DNA of 63,779 nucleotides, counting the filler, from Phoronis australis (lineage: Eukaryota > Animalia > Phoronida), in assembly GCA_002633005.1 (NCBI GenBank). It is 7 parts of 7 records of this genome, joined end to end, with 100 filler letters (N's around TTAATTAATTAA, not from the genome) between each part and the next. Parts side by side here need not be neighbours in the genome. Positions count along the whole stretch, not along the records: positions 60,063 to 63,779 come from NMRA01002876.1; 6 more parts are not named here. One strand, written 5' to 3'. Made by a program: the position numbers and the translations under genes. Below the pieces are notes generated by a model that worked only from the letters and a program-made list of their open reading frames with translations, searched no databases and had not been told where the DNA came from. Positions 61,797-63,779 of the stretch are shown here, piece after piece (within the stretch, counting starts at the first letter, position 1; every line of letters starts with the position of its first letter).

Positions 61797-61989
61797 ATTG
61801 AATCTTCATCCAATTTGCTACCCCTGGTGAACGCAAAATTCCAGCGAGAGTCTGGCTGGAGGCAAGTGGAAGTTTCTGCTGCTTGTTCTATTGTCGGCAC
61901 TCTGACCTTCGGTTTGATGCTGTTTCTGGCAAAGCAGAAGCCACAAGCGAATTTAAACAACACAGAAACCTCACCAGTTACAGATTCTG
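61797..61989 (+). CDS. Same membrane protein, exon B
   Basis: ttttctatag|ATT...TCTG|gtaaga, 193 nt, phase 0 to 1: IESSSNLLPLVNAKFQRESGWRQVEVSAACSIVGTLTFGLMLFLAKQK... Confidence 0.75.
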
Positions 61990-62147
61990 GTAAGATAGCA
62001 TTCATTCCTGACATTACAGAGTCTGCATGTGGAAACTCAAAATCACTCTCTAAATAAAAAGAGTACATACCCTGAGTATTGGCATGCACCTTGTTGTGAA
62101 TGACGGTGTCCAATTATTTGAAAATGACAAATTATTTTATTATTCAG

Positions 62148-62469
62148 ACATCAGAACTGAAAGAAAAAGAAAGGATCTGACGTTGACCTCTTCCAAACTT
62201 TTCAAGAGGCGTACACTAAGAAAGCGCCAGATGCTTGTCTCTACTTGTACCCCGCCTCCATCTCCAAAGATTTCAAATTCAAGTTCACCTACGTCATCAC
62301 AAATAAATCTTTCCGACACAATAACATCGCGTGAATTGGGAGTAAAACCACGACAATGGATACTTGTGCTAACAATCAGCTTGTGTGCGCTGGTTTTCGC
62401 TGTCTGCTCAACTTTGACACCATGGATCTCTTTCAAACCATCAGGAAATACGAAGCTTGCTAAGCATTT
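62148..62469 (+). CDS. Same membrane protein, exon C
   Basis: ttattattcag|AC...CATTT|gtacgt, 322 nt, phase 1 to 2. A basic, Ser/Pro-rich linker is followed by the TM segment WILVLTISLCALVFAVCSTLTPW. Confidence 0.7.
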
Positions 62470-62742
62470 GTACGTATCGAGTGGAAACCCAGATTTCATT
62501 TTTAATGATATGCGTGTAATTTTTGCTGAGGTACAAAGTAGACCAACCGAAACAAACAGACTGTGCATAATACATTTGTAATAATAATTGCATAACAAAA
62601 TAATCACAAATGCTATCATCATTATTGTGTTTGCTACTGCTGTACTTAATTATATTATCTGAATAATGTACACACAAACGTATAACTACATGAACTACTT
62701 GTCACAAAGAGAGAACTTTCCCGGTTCTGTTTCTTATTTCAG

Positions 62743-63355
62743 GACGCGGTTGCAAACCATGGCGGAAGGCGGGTTAGTCTTAAGAGACGACTTCGAGACA
62801 GATTCCAAAGACTGCGAAATATTCACTATTCCCCTGAAACTGTTCTTACGCAAATTTCTGTCACTTTCGTTTCTTCGCATTTGGAAAACCTTACTTCACA
62901 ACTTGAAACAAATTTTGCCCACGGACGAGCTTGAGGATTACGCTCTTTTTGTGTCTACGCTTATCAAAGTCGCTACTGTTCTTCCAACATTCTTTATATT
63001 TCTGCTGACCGTGTCTGGATACTTGTCGAGTTTCAAACCAAAAACTCGCTTCTGTTTGCCAATGGAAACTGTGCATAAATATGTTGGCAAAGTTGGAACA
63101 ACATCCATAATGCTCTCCATGAACATACTGGTTCTCTTGACCAATCTCTACCGAGAGATAAACATTCTCCACATGACGTTTTCTCCTCACATACGAGTCG
63201 GTTTCATTTTTGGACTATCTTCGCAACTACTGGTTATTTTAGGTAACTCACTTTTATCTCTTGTACACTCTAAAATAGATAATACATCAACAACATTGAG
63301 TGCCAGATCCGAAATACTAAAGCACAGGCCTGAGAACTGCGAACTCTCCGCCTAG
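62743..63355 (+). CDS. Same membrane protein, terminal exon D
   Basis: tcttatttcag|G, phase 2, 203 codons to TAG, with three further hydrophobic segments. It lies in the longest N-free ORF of the window. Confidence 0.8.
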
Positions 63356-63779
63356 CGAATGCAGCTGTGAAAAATAGCAGTGTTTGCGAAAAACAGTAGA
63401 CAATCATTATATGTTTCCTTACATGCGTTGCAAGTGTTCGATGATCAAAATTAAGTGAATATTTTACTGCAAGCTAAGCCCAATGCACTATTGCTTAGTT
63501 TTCAAATTAAGAACTGTCAACTATAGAGGCCATTTTGCAAAATGCCTGACAAACAGCAACCGCATAATCTTGATGTGGTCTGGCATCCTTTGGAGATAAT
63601 ATAACACGGCCGATCGTTTATGTCATCCCAAAGGACTAGGTCGTGGTTATGGTTTACGAAACTTGAAATATTATTTTATCTATTCAGTTTGGATTGGGAT
63701 GAGTGTTGAAATACTCGGTTTTAAAAGTGGTGACGAAGATCTTGCACATAGTACCTCCAGACCGTTGGTTAAAGTTCAC

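Overview
This is AT-rich animal (most likely marine invertebrate) nuclear DNA with spliceosomal introns. It is not one locus: six 100-bp artificial spacers (N44-TTAATTAATTAA-N44) join seven unrelated contigs (1-22996, 23097-27476, 27577-33245, 33346-36051, 36152-50398, 50499-59962, 60063-63779). Most supplied ORFs are noise, and the real genes were recovered by reading splice sites by hand. They are one clear EFL1 exon, the first two exons of an MCRIP/FAM195 gene lying head-to-head with a tRNA-Gly(CCC), a small secreted protein with a permuted papain-like His/Asn-Cys motif, and four phase-consistent exons of an unrecognised multi-pass membrane protein. The rest is mostly transposon debris: a full-span decayed Academ (XPG-type) element with intact TIRs and TSD, three more TAG-terminated Academ-like elements, Penelope, DIRS and LINE fragments, a TTAA/Kolobok-type element, a Helentron-like element, MITEs and minisatellites. 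There is no prokaryotic content or CRISPR array. Family calls come from recognising motifs by eye, not from database searches.
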